63,529 nt of DNA from an uncultured bacterium (GCA_964549305.1 CAZJVM010000005.1:10524-74052); one strand, 5' to 3'. Counted from the first letter of the stretch, positions 39,694 through 49,972 are shown. The notes: a model not told the origin generated them from the sequence alone. Numbers and translations: made by a program.

Positions 39694-40761
39694 ATGATTC
39701 GAGTCCTTATAGTTGATGACTCTTCTCTGGTAAGAAAAGTACTATCAGATGAATTGTCAAAATATGATGATATCGATGTTGTGGGGACCGCAATCGACCC
39801 TTACGCGGCAAGGGAAAAAATCGTAAAGCTCAATCCCGATGTCATCACGTTAGATATCGAAATGCCCCGAATGAATGGCCTTGACTTTCTCGAAACCTTG
39901 ATGAAGCATTATCCCATTCCCGTTGTCATAGTAAGTTCTCTTGCTCCTGAAAACAGCACTGCGGCAGTAAAAGCTCTTGACCTTGGAGCTGTTGATGTCA
40001 TATGCAAGCCAGGTTCTATGTATTCCGCTCCCGATGTATCAACGCGTCTCATCCACTCGATAAGAGCGGCAGCCATTGCGAAATTAAACGGCAAAATTGT
40101 AAAAAGAAATATTGATTCCGTAATTACCACTCCAGACATCGAAAGTTCAAAAACCTTCACATCATTGCCGAACAAGATCGTAGCAATAGGGGCATCTACG
40201 GGAGGGCCTAAAGCTCTGCAGGAACTTTTCACAACAATGCCCGCGGAATCTCCCGCCTGCCTGATTGCGCTTCATATGCCCGCCGGATTTACAAAAGAAT
40301 TCGCTAAACGGCTGGACGAAATCTGTGCCATGAAAATATGCGAGGCAGAAGACGATATGGCGGTAACTGCGGGAAAAGCCCTGATTGCTCCCGGAGACAT
40401 TCATATGAGCATAGCGAAAAATAACGGACATTACAGTGTCAAGTTAAAAACCGGGCCGCTAATTAACTATCAAAGGCCCAGTATAGATGTCCTCTTTTAC
40501 TCCGTCGCCTCTCAGGCAAAGGAAAATGCCATAGGTGTGTTATTGACGGGGATGGGTTCAGACGGAGCGGAGGGGATTCTTGCCATGCACAAAAGAGGAG
40601 CTTATACCATTGCTCAGGATGAGGAATCATCGGCAATCTTCGGGATGCCTCAGGAGGCAATAAAATTGGGCGGGATAAATGAAATATCGCATATTGAGGA
40701 AATCGGCAAGGCAATTGTGAAAGCATCGTCAAAGCAACTTATCGCGGCATCGGGAACCTGA
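39694..40761 (+). CDS. cheB: Chemotaxis response regulator methylesterase
   Basis: Receiver domain plus GASTGGP, HMP and LTGMGSDG. Confidence 0.96.
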   Translation: MIRVLIVDDSSLVRKVLSDELSKYDDIDVVGTAIDPYAAREKIVKLNPDVITLDIEMPRMNGLDFLETLMKHYPIPVVIVSSLAPENSTAAVKALDLGAVDVICKPGSMYSAPDVSTRLIHSIRAAAIAKLNGKIVKRNIDSVITTPDIESSKTFTSLPNKIVAIGASTGGPKALQELFTTMPAESPACLIALHMPAGFTKEFAKRLDEICAMKICEAEDDMAVTAGKALIAPGDIHMSIAKNNGHYSVKLKTGPLINYQRPSIDVLFYSVASQAKENAIGVLLTGMGSDGAEGILAMHKRGAYTIAQDEESSAIFGMPQEAIKLGGINEISHIEEIGKAIVKASSKQLIAASGT

Positions 40762-40781
40762 AAGGATGAACTATAAATTTC

Positions 40782-40808
40782 TAAAAGATAATGCTTTTTT
40801 GACGATGA
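40782..40808 (+). promoter_or_regulatory. Candidate sigma28 promoter upstream of the HDOD-MCP pair
   Basis: TAAA (40782-85)-N15-GACGATGA (40801-08): canonical spacing, 6/8 match at -10. Confidence 0.45.
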
Positions 40809-40850
40809 TTATTTGTTGTCTATTTTAATTTTTAAACATTTACGGAAAAT

Positions 40851-41696
40851 ATGAACTGCGCTACCGACATAATGGAAAGGGTTGAAACACTTCCAACTCT
40901 GCCCACGGTTTTTATGAAAACAGTATCTCTTCTCGATAAAAAAGAGATAGAAATCAGCGAAATAGTCAATGTCATAAAATACGACCCTGCAATCACGGCA
41001 AACACTCTCAAGATTTGCAACTCCGCATATTACGGCCTTATGAGAAAGGTTTCATCCCTAAACGAAGCGGCAGTTTATGTGGGGACAAACGAACTTTTGA
41101 AGATAGCCCTTATGGGAAGTTCCTCGGATTTTCTCAAGGAAGAAATCGAGGGTTACAGTCTCGATGAAGGAGAACTTTTTCGCCATTCCACAGGTTGTGC
41201 CACTGCGTCGCAGCTTCTTTTAAAAAAGATGAACAGGCAAAACCAGCCGATACTCTTTACCGCCTCTCTTCTTCACGATATCGGGAAACTTGTTTTAAGC
41301 CGTTTCGTTAAAAATGACTATATAAAAATCTATAAGCTCGTTATACAAAACAAGTACACGTTCATTGAAGCGGAAAAAGAAATATTGAATATAACGCACG
41401 CCGACATAGGAGCTCTTCTTTGCGAAAAATGGAATTTCCCGCAGGAATTGTCAGAACTAATCAGATATCACCACGAGCCTGAAAAGAGCCCTGAGGAAAT
41501 CCGCGAATCCATTGAACTTATTCATCTCAGCGATTTAATGTGCCTGATAGCGGGAATAGGAATAGGCGCCGACGGAATGGCATACAAACCTGAAATAAAA
41601 AACGAAAAACTTCTTGAAATAGTCAAAAAGGATTTAAACTCCCTCATCTTTGATTTGATTACCGAAATGGAAAAAATAGGGAATGCATTTATGTAA
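40851..41696 (+). CDS. HDOD domain protein
   Basis: LPTLP, DPA.TA..LK..NSAYYG, HS, LLHDIGK, H..IG..L...WNFP, YHH. Confidence 0.92.
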   Translation: MNCATDIMERVETLPTLPTVFMKTVSLLDKKEIEISEIVNVIKYDPAITANTLKICNSAYYGLMRKVSSLNEAAVYVGTNELLKIALMGSSSDFLKEEIEGYSLDEGELFRHSTGCATASQLLLKKMNRQNQPILFTASLLHDIGKLVLSRFVKNDYIKIYKLVIQNKYTFIEAEKEILNITHADIGALLCEKWNFPQELSELIRYHHEPEKSPEEIRESIELIHLSDLMCLIAGIGIGADGMAYKPEIKNEKLLEIVKKDLNSLIFDLITEMEKIGNAFM

Positions 41697-41750
41697 TAAA
41701 GGCTATCCGCCCATAATGCTTTTATCAGAACTATGTATGGAGTTAAAACA

Positions 41751-43769
41751 ATGGCAAAAAAGTTAAAATTAAATCTTTCCTTGAAAACCGCGCTTACTGT
41801 CGCGCTGACATTATTAATCATATTAGGGATAAATACTTATTTTCAAATCAATGGAAAAAAGCATTTCTATGAAGTGGAATTGATAAAGCAATCGGAAGAT
41901 TTAGCCTCTCTTCTCAATGCCACATTGCGAAACAGAATGATAAACAGCGACCCTGAAAGCATTCAGGTTGCCCTGGACGATACACAAAAGATTAAATCAG
42001 TGAAAAAAATCTCTATATTGACTCCTTCAGGCAAGGTTTTTCTATCATCGGACAAGAGCGACTTCCGCCCGGGCAGAACTGAAAATGAAACAATAAAAAA
42101 CATTGCAAAAAACAAAAAAAAATTTTTCTATTTAAACGGTTCAGCAAAAGGTGGAGAATTTGTGGAAGGATTGATTCCAATAAAAGCGGACAACCGATGC
42201 ATAGGATGCCACGATAATGTGAAGGAGGGAGGCATTATAGGGTATCTTTCAACGCAAATATGGGCAGTTGATGAGCTAAAAAACTTAAGAGCGAAACTTT
42301 CACGAGACATAACCACAAATATTTCACTTATAGCGATTCTTATCATAGCGGCTTCCTTCCTAATCAACAAAATGATCAAACCAATAAGTGAAATCGCCAC
42401 AAAGGCAAAAAATATATCAAATGGCGATACGGAACAGATAATCGAATATAAATCGAATGATGAAATAGGAATACTCGCGGATTCTTTCAGAGAGCTAATA
42501 AATTATATTAAAAACGCAAGCGAATCGGCATATGATTTGTCAAATGGCAAACTTAAGATATCCGCATCGGAAAAAAGCGACAAGGATATTATGAATCGCT
42601 CTTTTCTCAAACTTCAAAACACGGTAAAATACTTTATAGAAGACATGGAAGGGCTGATTAAATCAGCGAAGGAGGGAAACCTTCAAAAAAGAGCGGATGT
42701 GACGAAATACAGTGGAGGTTTCAGAAAAATCGCCGTTTCTACCAACGACTTGCTGGATTCCATTGTCAATCCCATAGATGAGTCGGCAAATGTCTTGGAA
42801 ACCATCTCTGATTTCGATTTATCTGTAAGAATGAAACAAAACTACGCAGGCGAATTTGACAGAATAAAACAATCTCTGAATAAAGCTGTTTCAAGTCTCG
42901 ATGACATTCTTCTGCAGGCAAAACATTCTGCAGAGCAGGTATCCGAAGCATCCAAACAAATCTGCGAAAGCAGTCAGGTGCTTGCCGGAGGCGCATACGA
43001 ACAGACACAGTCTCAGGAAAACATCTCAAAAAACCTTGCGGAAATGACCGAAGTTACAAAGAAAAACACCGATTCCGCCGAATCCGCTATGAAGATATCC
43101 GATACAGCGAAAAATATTACCGCTGAAAGCGTATCAAAGATGAATATTCTTTCAGACGCTATAATAAAAACCAAGGACTCATCAGATGCCACAGGCAAAA
43201 TCGTAAAAACAATCGATGAAATTGCTTTTCAGACAAATCTTCTCGCTCTAAACGCATCGGTAGAAGCGGCGAGAGCAGGAGAGGCGGGAAAGGGATTCGC
43301 CGTAGTTGCCGAAGAGGTTAGAAACCTCGCCATAAAGAGCGCCGGAGCGGCAAGAAGTTCCGCGGAACTTATAAAGGAATCCATTGAAAACGCAGAAAAC
43401 GCAGTGAAAATAAATTCGAGCGTCATAGAAAAGATGAGCGAAACTCTCGAGCATATAAACAAGGTAAATATGGGTGTAATGGAAATTTCGGAAGCTCTCA
43501 TTCAGCAAAACGAGAGAGCATCTAATATCTATGCGGAAGTTGACCAGTTGAATATGATAACACAGCAAAATGCCGCAAGTTCACAACAACTTGCAAGCGC
43601 CTCACAGGAACTTGCGGGACAATCTGTCGAAGCAAGGGATATGATTAGTCAGTTTAAGCTTACGGAACAAGAACCTGCATCAACAACATCGATTATTGAA
43701 GAAAAAAATCCCGAAAACATTATACCTTTTAATGCAAGTGACGATGACAGCATTTTACAGTCATTTTGA
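41751..43769 (+). CDS. Methyl-accepting chemotaxis protein with a periplasmic c-type haem (CIGCH) sensor and multiple HAMPs
   Basis: TM-periplasmic-TM, then DEIG.LA HAMP, further HAMP-like segments and [34 protein letters not shown]. The ORF-track start is 41733; 41751 follows GGAG. Confidence 0.93.
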   Translation: MAKKLKLNLSLKTALTVALTLLIILGINTYFQINGKKHFYEVELIKQSEDLASLLNATLRNRMINSDPESIQVALDDTQKIKSVKKISILTPSGKVFLSSDKSDFRPGRTENETIKNIAKNKKKFFYLNGSAKGGEFVEGLIPIKADNRCIGCHDNVKEGGIIGYLSTQIWAVDELKNLRAKLSRDITTNISLIAILIIAASFLINKMIKPISEIATKAKNISNGDTEQIIEYKSNDEIGILADSFRELINYIKNASESAYDLSNGKLKISASEKSDKDIMNRSFLKLQNTVKYFIEDMEGLIKSAKEGNLQKRADVTKYSGGFRKIAVSTNDLLDSIVNPIDESANVLETISDFDLSVRMKQNYAGEFDRIKQSLNKAVSSLDDILLQAKHSAEQVSEASKQICESSQVLAGGAYEQTQSQENISKNLAEMTEVTKKNTDSAESAMKISDTAKNITAESVSKMNILSDAIIKTKDSSDATGKIVKTIDEIAFQTNLLALNASVEAARAGEAGKGFAVVAEEVRNLAIKSAGAARSSAELIKESIENAENAVKINSSVIEKMSETLEHINKVNMGVMEISEALIQQNERASNIYAEVDQLNMITQQNAASSQQLASASQELAGQSVEARDMISQFKLTEQEPASTTSIIEEKNPENIIPFNASDDDSILQSF

Positions 43770-43885
43770 CATTCTTTTTCGCATATAATTTCATCATAGA
43801 GCGCAGAGGGGGAGGAACGAAGAGTAATGTCACAATACCAATCTTTTCACAAACCTTTTTATGCCTTATTCAAATTCCAAATTTC

Positions 43886-43894
43886 TGATATAAT
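43886..43894 (+). promoter_or_regulatory. Candidate extended -10 promoter for the pilin gene
   Basis: TGnTATAAT about 26 nt upstream of the ATG at 43921. Confidence 0.4.
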
Positions 43895-43920
43895 AATTAT
43901 CAATTTAAAGCCGGGTTGAA

Positions 43921-44535
43921 ATGAAGATTAGAGACTCAAAAGGATTTACGCTTATTGAAATTATCACTGTTGTGATAATAGTGGGAATAGTTTCAACCGT
44001 TGCGGTTTTCAATCTTGTGAATATGCTTCCACAGTTTCGCGTCAACAGCAGTGTAAGGGCACTGGCGTCAAAATTGCAATGGGCAAGACTAAAATCCGTT
44101 TCGGAAAACAATAATTTTATTGTTTATTTCTTTTCCCCCGACAATGACGGAAAATACAGATACGAAATACTCGATGACGACGACAATGACGGACAGCAGG
44201 ATAACGATGAAACAATGTACACCGGCGAAGAATACTATCTTGAAAAGGGAATTAGGTTTGGAAGGGCGAAGGCATCGGTCAAAAGGACAACCTGCGGGGG
44301 AGATATAGACGCCGACGGACTTCATTTCAACAATGACAAAGTTACATTTTTACCTACGGGAAGACCAACTACAAACGGCTCGATTTACCTAATACCCATT
44401 GAAGACGACGAGGACAACAATGCTAAAACCATTCACTGGAGAGCTATCAGCGTAACTACAAACGGCAGAATAAAGGCGTGGATATATGATGCTACCGTTC
44501 AGAAATGCAGTGATTCGCGAGGTCCCTGGAAATGA
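43921..44535 (+). CDS. FimT/GspH-like minor (pre)pilin
   Basis: Class III signal KG|FTLIE with a hydrophobic helix, L..AR..SV, F.PTG, and a Cys pair. Confidence 0.88.
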   Translation: MKIRDSKGFTLIEIITVVIIVGIVSTVAVFNLVNMLPQFRVNSSVRALASKLQWARLKSVSENNNFIVYFFSPDNDGKYRYEILDDDDNDGQQDNDETMYTGEEYYLEKGIRFGRAKASVKRTTCGGDIDADGLHFNNDKVTFLPTGRPTTNGSIYLIPIEDDEDNNAKTIHWRAISVTTNGRIKAWIYDATVQKCSDSRGPWK

Positions 44536-45064
44536 CATTTTAAAGGGGAAAATCATTTCCGCATTCTATACGTCTTTTCCTTCTCCCATCGGACAAATCT
44601 ACATTGCTTCAATCAAAGGCAAAATATGTAAAGTTTCAATCGGGCTTTCCGCAAAAAAAGGTCTTGCCAATTTTTTTTCCCCATACCCGCACGTTAAACT
44701 GCGTCAATCACCGGAAAAATTGAAAAGCGTTACGGCAAACATTGAGAGCTATTTTAAGTCCGGCACCAAACTTTCCGCAGAAAATATTGCCATATTGGAT
44801 GCAACACCTTTCCAAATATCCGTATGGGAAGAAACCGCAAATATTCCCCCGGGCAAAACAAGGACATACAAATGGATTGCGGACAAAATAGGCAAACCTG
44901 ATTCGTCGAGAGCAGTGGGAAATGCACTTGGGAAAAATCCCGTCCCTCTTCTGATTCCCTGCCACAGAGTTATCAGGTCAAACGGAGAAATAGGAGGGTT
45001 TACCGGAGGAAAAAAAACAAAAGAAAAACTTCTTTCAATTGAAAGAAGCATAGAGGCAGTTTGA
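44486..45064 (+). CDS. ogt: Methylated-DNA--protein-cysteine methyltransferase (start uncertain)
   Basis: SPIG, FQ..VW, RAVG.A...NP, IPCHRV active site. Confidence 0.92.
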   Translation: MMLPFRNAVIREVPGNDILKGKIISAFYTSFPSPIGQIYIASIKGKICKVSIGLSAKKGLANFFSPYPHVKLRQSPEKLKSVTANIESYFKSGTKLSAENIAILDATPFQISVWEETANIPPGKTRTYKWIADKIGKPDSSRAVGNALGKNPVPLLIPCHRVIRSNGEIGGFTGGKKTKEKLLSIERSIEAV

Positions 45065-46221
45065 AGTTGAAAAGAAAATTCATTCCCGATGAAAAAGTAT
45101 TGTTCATAGCTCAATTCGGCACGGCATTTTCATTAAGTTCCATAATCGTGCTTCTCCCCTTTTACATTCAATCCATAAGCGAATATTCCGCGGGAAAAAC
45201 GCTTTTGTGGACAGGACTCATATTGTCTGCGTCAAATATCGGCGCCGCAATTTTTTCACCTGTGTGGGGAAAGCTTTCTTCCAGAGTCAATCCCAAGATT
45301 CTTTACGCAAGAGGCATAATGTCCCACGCAGTCATTCTTCTTGTAATGGGTTTCACGCAAAACCTCACATCTCTTCTAATCCTCAGATTTTTGCAGGGGA
45401 TAATGGGCGGGATATCTACAATCGGGCTAATCATTCTCAAAAAATCCGTGCCGGAAAACAAAATATCCCCTGAAGTGGGAAAATTTCAGTCATCTATTAC
45501 CCTGGGACAGCTTTTCGGTCCTGCCACAGGTGCTTTTATTGCGTACAAAATAAACTTTTTTTCCGCATTCATTTTTTCATCTGCAATTATGTTCATTATC
45601 CTCACCTACACCACGGTCTTTCTCAGGAAAAGCGAAAAAATAGATGAAAAAGAAATCAAAAGTAAAAGAACAAAAACGAATTTTCTGGATTTATGGTTTT
45701 TATCATTTGCCGCAACGGTCCATTCCGTCTATCTGCCGGCAGTGCTTCCGGACATTCTAAAGTCATTTGAGTTCTATAATGAAAAGGCGGTAATGTCTGC
45801 GGGCATAATAGTATTCATATACGGAACATCGGCATTTGCAGGCGCATATATTCTTCCATCTCTCTTCTCCGGGGAAAAAACCTATATCGTGCTTTTTTTT
45901 CTCGCAGGCATATCATCCTTTTTTCAGATTATGCACATTGCAGCAGACAATGTAACACTGTTTACACTCTTTCGCCTGCTGCAAACATTCTTTATCGCGG
46001 CAATTATGCCTCTTTGTCTCGGAATTGTCGCAAGAAGATACTCGGGCACACAAATAGGGATTCTCAATACAGCAAGATTTACAGGAAACGCAAGCGCTCC
46101 TATTTTGTCGACATTTATTCTTTCATACTTCGGGTTGAAAAGCGTTTATCTTTTTCTTTCCATACTTACGCTTGTTCCGCTTCTGTCGATTGCAAAAAAT
46201 AAAGACAAGCACCACCAATGA
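45061..46221 (+). CDS. MFS transporter (DHA1/MdtG-like)
   Basis: 12 TM helices; P.WGKLS, LRFLQG..GG, G..FGP..G. Confidence 0.85.
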   Translation: MKLKRKFIPDEKVLFIAQFGTAFSLSSIIVLLPFYIQSISEYSAGKTLLWTGLILSASNIGAAIFSPVWGKLSSRVNPKILYARGIMSHAVILLVMGFTQNLTSLLILRFLQGIMGGISTIGLIILKKSVPENKISPEVGKFQSSITLGQLFGPATGAFIAYKINFFSAFIFSSAIMFIILTYTTVFLRKSEKIDEKEIKSKRTKTNFLDLWFLSFAATVHSVYLPAVLPDILKSFEFYNEKAVMSAGIIVFIYGTSAFAGAYILPSLFSGEKTYIVLFFLAGISSFFQIMHIAADNVTLFTLFRLLQTFFIAAIMPLCLGIVARRYSGTQIGILNTARFTGNASAPILSTFILSYFGLKSVYLFLSILTLVPLLSIAKNKDKHHQ

Positions 46222-46237
46222 GAAAATACCGGTAAAA

Positions 46238-47254
46238 TTAAAGAGATCTTTCAGCCGCTTTTACGAAGGGCTTTATTACCTTCATCAATTCCGCAAATTT
46301 TGAAGGGTTGAGAGATTGCTGTCCGTCCGAAAAAGCTTCTTCCGGTTTTGGATGTACCTCTATCATAAGCCCGTCCGCGCCTGCGGCAATAGCTGCTTTT
46401 GCCATAGGAGGCACATATTCCACTAACCCCACACCGTGGCTCGGATCCACTATAATTGGAAGATGAGATTTGCTTTTCATAACCGGGACACAGCTCAAAT
46501 CGAGAGTGTTGCGCGTTTCCGTCTCAAAGGTCCTGATACCTCTTTCGCAAAGCACGACTCTGTTGTTTCCTTCTGACAGGATATATTCGGCAGACATAAG
46601 AAATTCGGACATCGTGGTCATCATTCCCCGCTTGAGAAGAATCGGCTTTTTTATCTTCCCGAGCTTCTTCAAAAGAGCGAAATTCTGAACATTCCTTGCC
46701 CCTACCTGAAGCATATCGGAGTATTGCGCGACCATATCCACATCGGTTGTATCCATTATTTCCGTTACGAAAGGAAGCCCTGTCTTCTCCCTTACCTTGG
46801 CCAGTATCTTAAGACCTTCCTCTTCAAGCCCCTGAAAGCTGTAAGGAGACGTGCGCGGCTTGAAAGCTCCTCCCCGCAAAATCGATCCCCCGGCTTTTTT
46901 AACGGCTTTTGCCGATTCAAGCATCTGTTCATAGGATTCTACAGAGCAGGGACCCGCAATCACCGCAATCTTTTTTGAACCAATTGAAACATTGCCAACC
47001 TTTATGGTCGTATTTTTGTATTTAAACTCACGGCTTGCAAGCTTGTAGGGCTTGAGTATGGGCATTACGGATTCAACACCCGGCAGAGAGTCGAGAGACT
47101 GCAGTCTCGCTTTGCCCCTCTCATCGCCCACTGCGGCAATTACGGTGCGTTCCACACCCACTATTTTATGTGTTTTATATCCCAGTGATTTGATTTTTTT
47201 AACTACCGCGTCAACATTGCTCTTAGACGCGGAAGTATTCATTACGATAATCAC
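46238..47254 (-). CDS. aroF: DAHP synthase type I-beta with an N-terminal ACT-like domain
   Basis: IAGPCSVES, RGGAFKPRTSPYSFQG, QVGARN, LKRG, DPSH; GTG start with GGAGG RBS. Confidence 0.96.
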   Translation of the reverse strand: MIIVMNTSASKSNVDAVVKKIKSLGYKTHKIVGVERTVIAAVGDERGKARLQSLDSLPGVESVMPILKPYKLASREFKYKNTTIKVGNVSIGSKKIAVIAGPCSVESYEQMLESAKAVKKAGGSILRGGAFKPRTSPYSFQGLEEEGLKILAKVREKTGLPFVTEIMDTTDVDMVAQYSDMLQVGARNVQNFALLKKLGKIKKPILLKRGMMTTMSEFLMSAEYILSEGNNRVVLCERGIRTFETETRNTLDLSCVPVMKSKSHLPIIVDPSHGVGLVEYVPPMAKAAIAAGADGLMIEVHPKPEEAFSDGQQSLNPSKFAELMKVIKPFVKAAERSL

Positions 47255-47452
47255 CGCTAACCTCCCCCTATAGATTTATCTTTGATGCTTTATTCAATAA
47301 AACCAAGCCGGTAGATTGTCAAGAAGATAAAAAAACAGGAGACTAAAGAGCTTTTTAGCGATCTTAATATTTGTATTGATTTAAAGTCCTCTTTAATTTA
47401 AATTAAGCTTCCTTTGTGATATTTTAACTCTTTAACCTTCAAAACTTAAATT

Positions 47453-48400
47453 ATGAGAGCGCTTGTTACGGGAGTTGCCGGTTTTATAGGGTCGCACCTT
47501 TCCGAAAAACTTATATCTGAAAATATAGATGTTACGGGAATAGATTCCTTTCTCGATTATTACCCGAGGGTGTATAAGGAAAAAAACCTTTCAACCCTTA
47601 AACAATCGGACAAGTTTCGCCTTGTGGAAGGGTGCATTACAAAAACGGATATTTCAGAGCTTTTGAAAGATGTTGATATTGTATTTCATCTTGCCGCGCA
47701 GGCAGGTGTGAGAAGCAGTTGGGGAAGCCAGTTTTCGGTCTACACTCATAACAACATTACAGCAACACAGGTGTTGCTCGAAGCGGTTAAAGAGAAAAAA
47801 ATAAAACGCTTCGTTTATGCTTCTTCCTCTTCAGTTTACGGAGATACATTGAAACTTCCAATGGAAGAGGACGACAAACCCAATCCAGTATCTCCCTATG
47901 GAGTATCCAAGCTCGCAGGAGAGCATCTTTGTCTGCTTTACAACAAAAATTTTTCGGTTCCTTCAACTGCGCTCAGGTTTTTTACTGTCTATGGTCCAAG
48001 ACAGCGCCCTGATATGGCATTTCATAAATTCCTTAAAAACATAATGGAAGACAAACCAATAGACGTTTTCGGAGACGGCAATCAGACACGCGACTTCACT
48101 TATGTCGCAGACATAGTGCAGGCAACATTCAATGCGGCATTTTCCGAGGGCGCCCAAGGCAGGGTATTCAATCTCGGCGGAGGAAGCAGGTTAAAGCTGA
48201 AAGAAATACTCGATATAATGGAAGACTTGAGCGGGAAAAAAATAAAAGTCAACTTTTCCGGAGAGCAGAAAGGGGATGTAAGGCATACCTATGCCGATAC
48301 CACAAGAGCGAAAAACATTATCAATTTCAGTCCTGCCGTATCGGTTGAAAAAGGAATCGGAAAGGAACTTGAATGGATAAAAAGTTTTTACGGTTTCTGA
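47453..48400 (+). CDS. NAD-dependent epimerase (UDP-glucuronate/UDP-hexose 4-epimerase-like)
   Basis: TGVAGFIG, HLAAQAGVR, YGVSK, FFTVYGPRQRPDMA. Confidence 0.9.
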   Translation: MRALVTGVAGFIGSHLSEKLISENIDVTGIDSFLDYYPRVYKEKNLSTLKQSDKFRLVEGCITKTDISELLKDVDIVFHLAAQAGVRSSWGSQFSVYTHNNITATQVLLEAVKEKKIKRFVYASSSSVYGDTLKLPMEEDDKPNPVSPYGVSKLAGEHLCLLYNKNFSVPSTALRFFTVYGPRQRPDMAFHKFLKNIMEDKPIDVFGDGNQTRDFTYVADIVQATFNAAFSEGAQGRVFNLGGGSRLKLKEILDIMEDLSGKKIKVNFSGEQKGDVRHTYADTTRAKNIINFSPAVSVEKGIGKELEWIKSFYGF

Positions 48401-49096
48401 TTAATCAACAAAGTGGTATTTAATGATGCACCAAATCGCTACAAATCCGTCTTTCCAGGTAATCTTCTTGCCTTCGCTGTAGTCTCTTCCGTGATAGGAG
48501 ATAGGCACTTCGTATATTCTGAAATGGTTTTTCGCTATTTTTGCCGTAAATTCCGGTTCGAATCCAAAACGGTTTGATTTGATTTTTACCTTATTCAGCA
48601 CTTCTCTTCTGAATACCTTGTAGCAGGTTTCCATATCGCTTAAGTTTAAGTTTGTCATCATATTTGAAAATGTAGTCAACAGTTTGTTGCCCACATAGTG
48701 CCAGAAAAAAAGAACTCTGTGGGGACCCGATAAAAATCTCGAACCGTAGACAACATCGGCTTTATCTTTGAGAATCGGGGAAATCAGAACAGTGTATTCG
48801 GCAGGGTCATATTCAAGGTCGGAATCCTGAATCATAACAATTTCACCGCTTGTATGCTCAAATCCTGTCCTCAGTGCCGCGCCTTTCCCCATATTTACAT
48901 CGTGGTAAAATATCTTGTACTTATTCTCCCGCTCCAATTCTTTGAGTATGTCCCTTGTACCGTCAGTAGAACAATCGTCTACCAGAATTATTTCCTTCTC
49001 CTCCTTTATGACATCTTCCACTTTCGCAATAATTTTCAGCAGAAGTTCCCTTTCGTTATAAACGGGAATGACTATGGAAAGTTTTATTTCACTCAC
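48401..49096 (-). CDS. GT2 polyprenol-phosphate glycosyltransferase (DPM1-like)
   Basis: [51 protein letters not shown]. Confidence 0.9.
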   Translation of the reverse strand: MSEIKLSIVIPVYNERELLLKIIAKVEDVIKEEKEIILVDDCSTDGTRDILKELERENKYKIFYHDVNMGKGAALRTGFEHTSGEIVMIQDSDLEYDPAEYTVLISPILKDKADVVYGSRFLSGPHRVLFFWHYVGNKLLTTFSNMMTNLNLSDMETCYKVFRREVLNKVKIKSNRFGFEPEFTAKIAKNHFRIYEVPISYHGRDYSEGKKITWKDGFVAIWCIIKYHFVD

Positions 49097-49108
49097 TCTG
49101 TTTTCCTC

Positions 49109-49972
49109 TTAACTAACGAAGTAAATAATATACACGCAGAGAAGACCCCATATCGTAATATTGACAAGCAGTGGAATATCCGTAAGCAGAATCAATTCAG
49201 GTCTTCCTCCCTTTCCTTTTTGATGTACAAGATAAAGATAGCGAAAAATACCATAGACGACAAAGGGAACGGTGTATTCCAGGTTTTTGCTTATGGCGTC
49301 GGGCGAAAGAGTATAAATCGTATAAGCTATTATCGTTGACGGAGTTACGACAGAAATCATCTGATCAAGATAATATGTGCTGTATTCATCGAGAATCTTT
49401 CTGTGTGCCGTTGCATTATCATTGAGAAGAAGAATTTCGTGCCTTCTTTTTGCAAGGGCGAGGAAAAGCGAAAGAAGAAAAGTGCAAACCATAAACCAGG
49501 GAGAGTATCTCACATCTATTACCACCGCGCCTGCAATCGCCCGCATTACAAAACCGCAGGAGATTACAAGGACATCGACAATGACCACATTTTTAAGAAA
49601 AAGCGAGTAAACGATAAAGGTTACAAAGTATATAACGCAGATTCTGAAGAATACTGGATTCAAATAATAGGCGCAAACAAAAACAAAAAGAGTGAGGACA
49701 ACACCCAATATGATTGCGCCTTTAACGGGAATCAACCCTGCCGGAAGAGGTCTTTCCTTTTTCAGAGGATGTTGTCTGTCATTTTCAAGGTCGCATATAT
49801 CATTAGCTATGTAAATCGACGACGAGAGGAAACAGAATAAAATAAACGCGGCAATGCTCTTTTCGATAAGCAGGGAATGAAAGAGGTTTTCAGAAAAAAT
49901 AAGCCCCGAAAAAATAATGAGATTTTTCGTCCACTGCTTAACCCTTATGAGCTTTATGTAGTGAGATAACAT
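49109..49972 (-). CDS. UbiA family decaprenyl-phosphate phosphoribosyltransferase-like (DPPR synthase) protein
   Basis: R..QW.KN, ND..D...DR.HP.K..RPL.AG, YS..LK, D...I..GF..RA..GA, KR..E, G.P...L..D. Confidence 0.85.
   Translation of the reverse strand: MLSHYIKLIRVKQWTKNLIIFSGLIFSENLFHSLLIEKSIAAFILFCFLSSSIYIANDICDLENDRQHPLKKERPLPAGLIPVKGAIILGVVLTLFVFVCAYYLNPVFFRICVIYFVTFIVYSLFLKNVVIVDVLVISCGFVMRAIAGAVVIDVRYSPWFMVCTFLLSLFLALAKRRHEILLLNDNATAHRKILDEYSTYYLDQMISVVTPSTIIAYTIYTLSPDAISKNLEYTVPFVVYGIFRYLYLVHQKGKGGRPELILLTDIPLLVNITIWGLLCVYIIYFVS

Noticed and set aside
43765-43790. Perfect TTGACA and TATAAT boxes at the MCP stop codon
   Set aside because: The spacer is only 12 nt, which is incompatible with sigma70.
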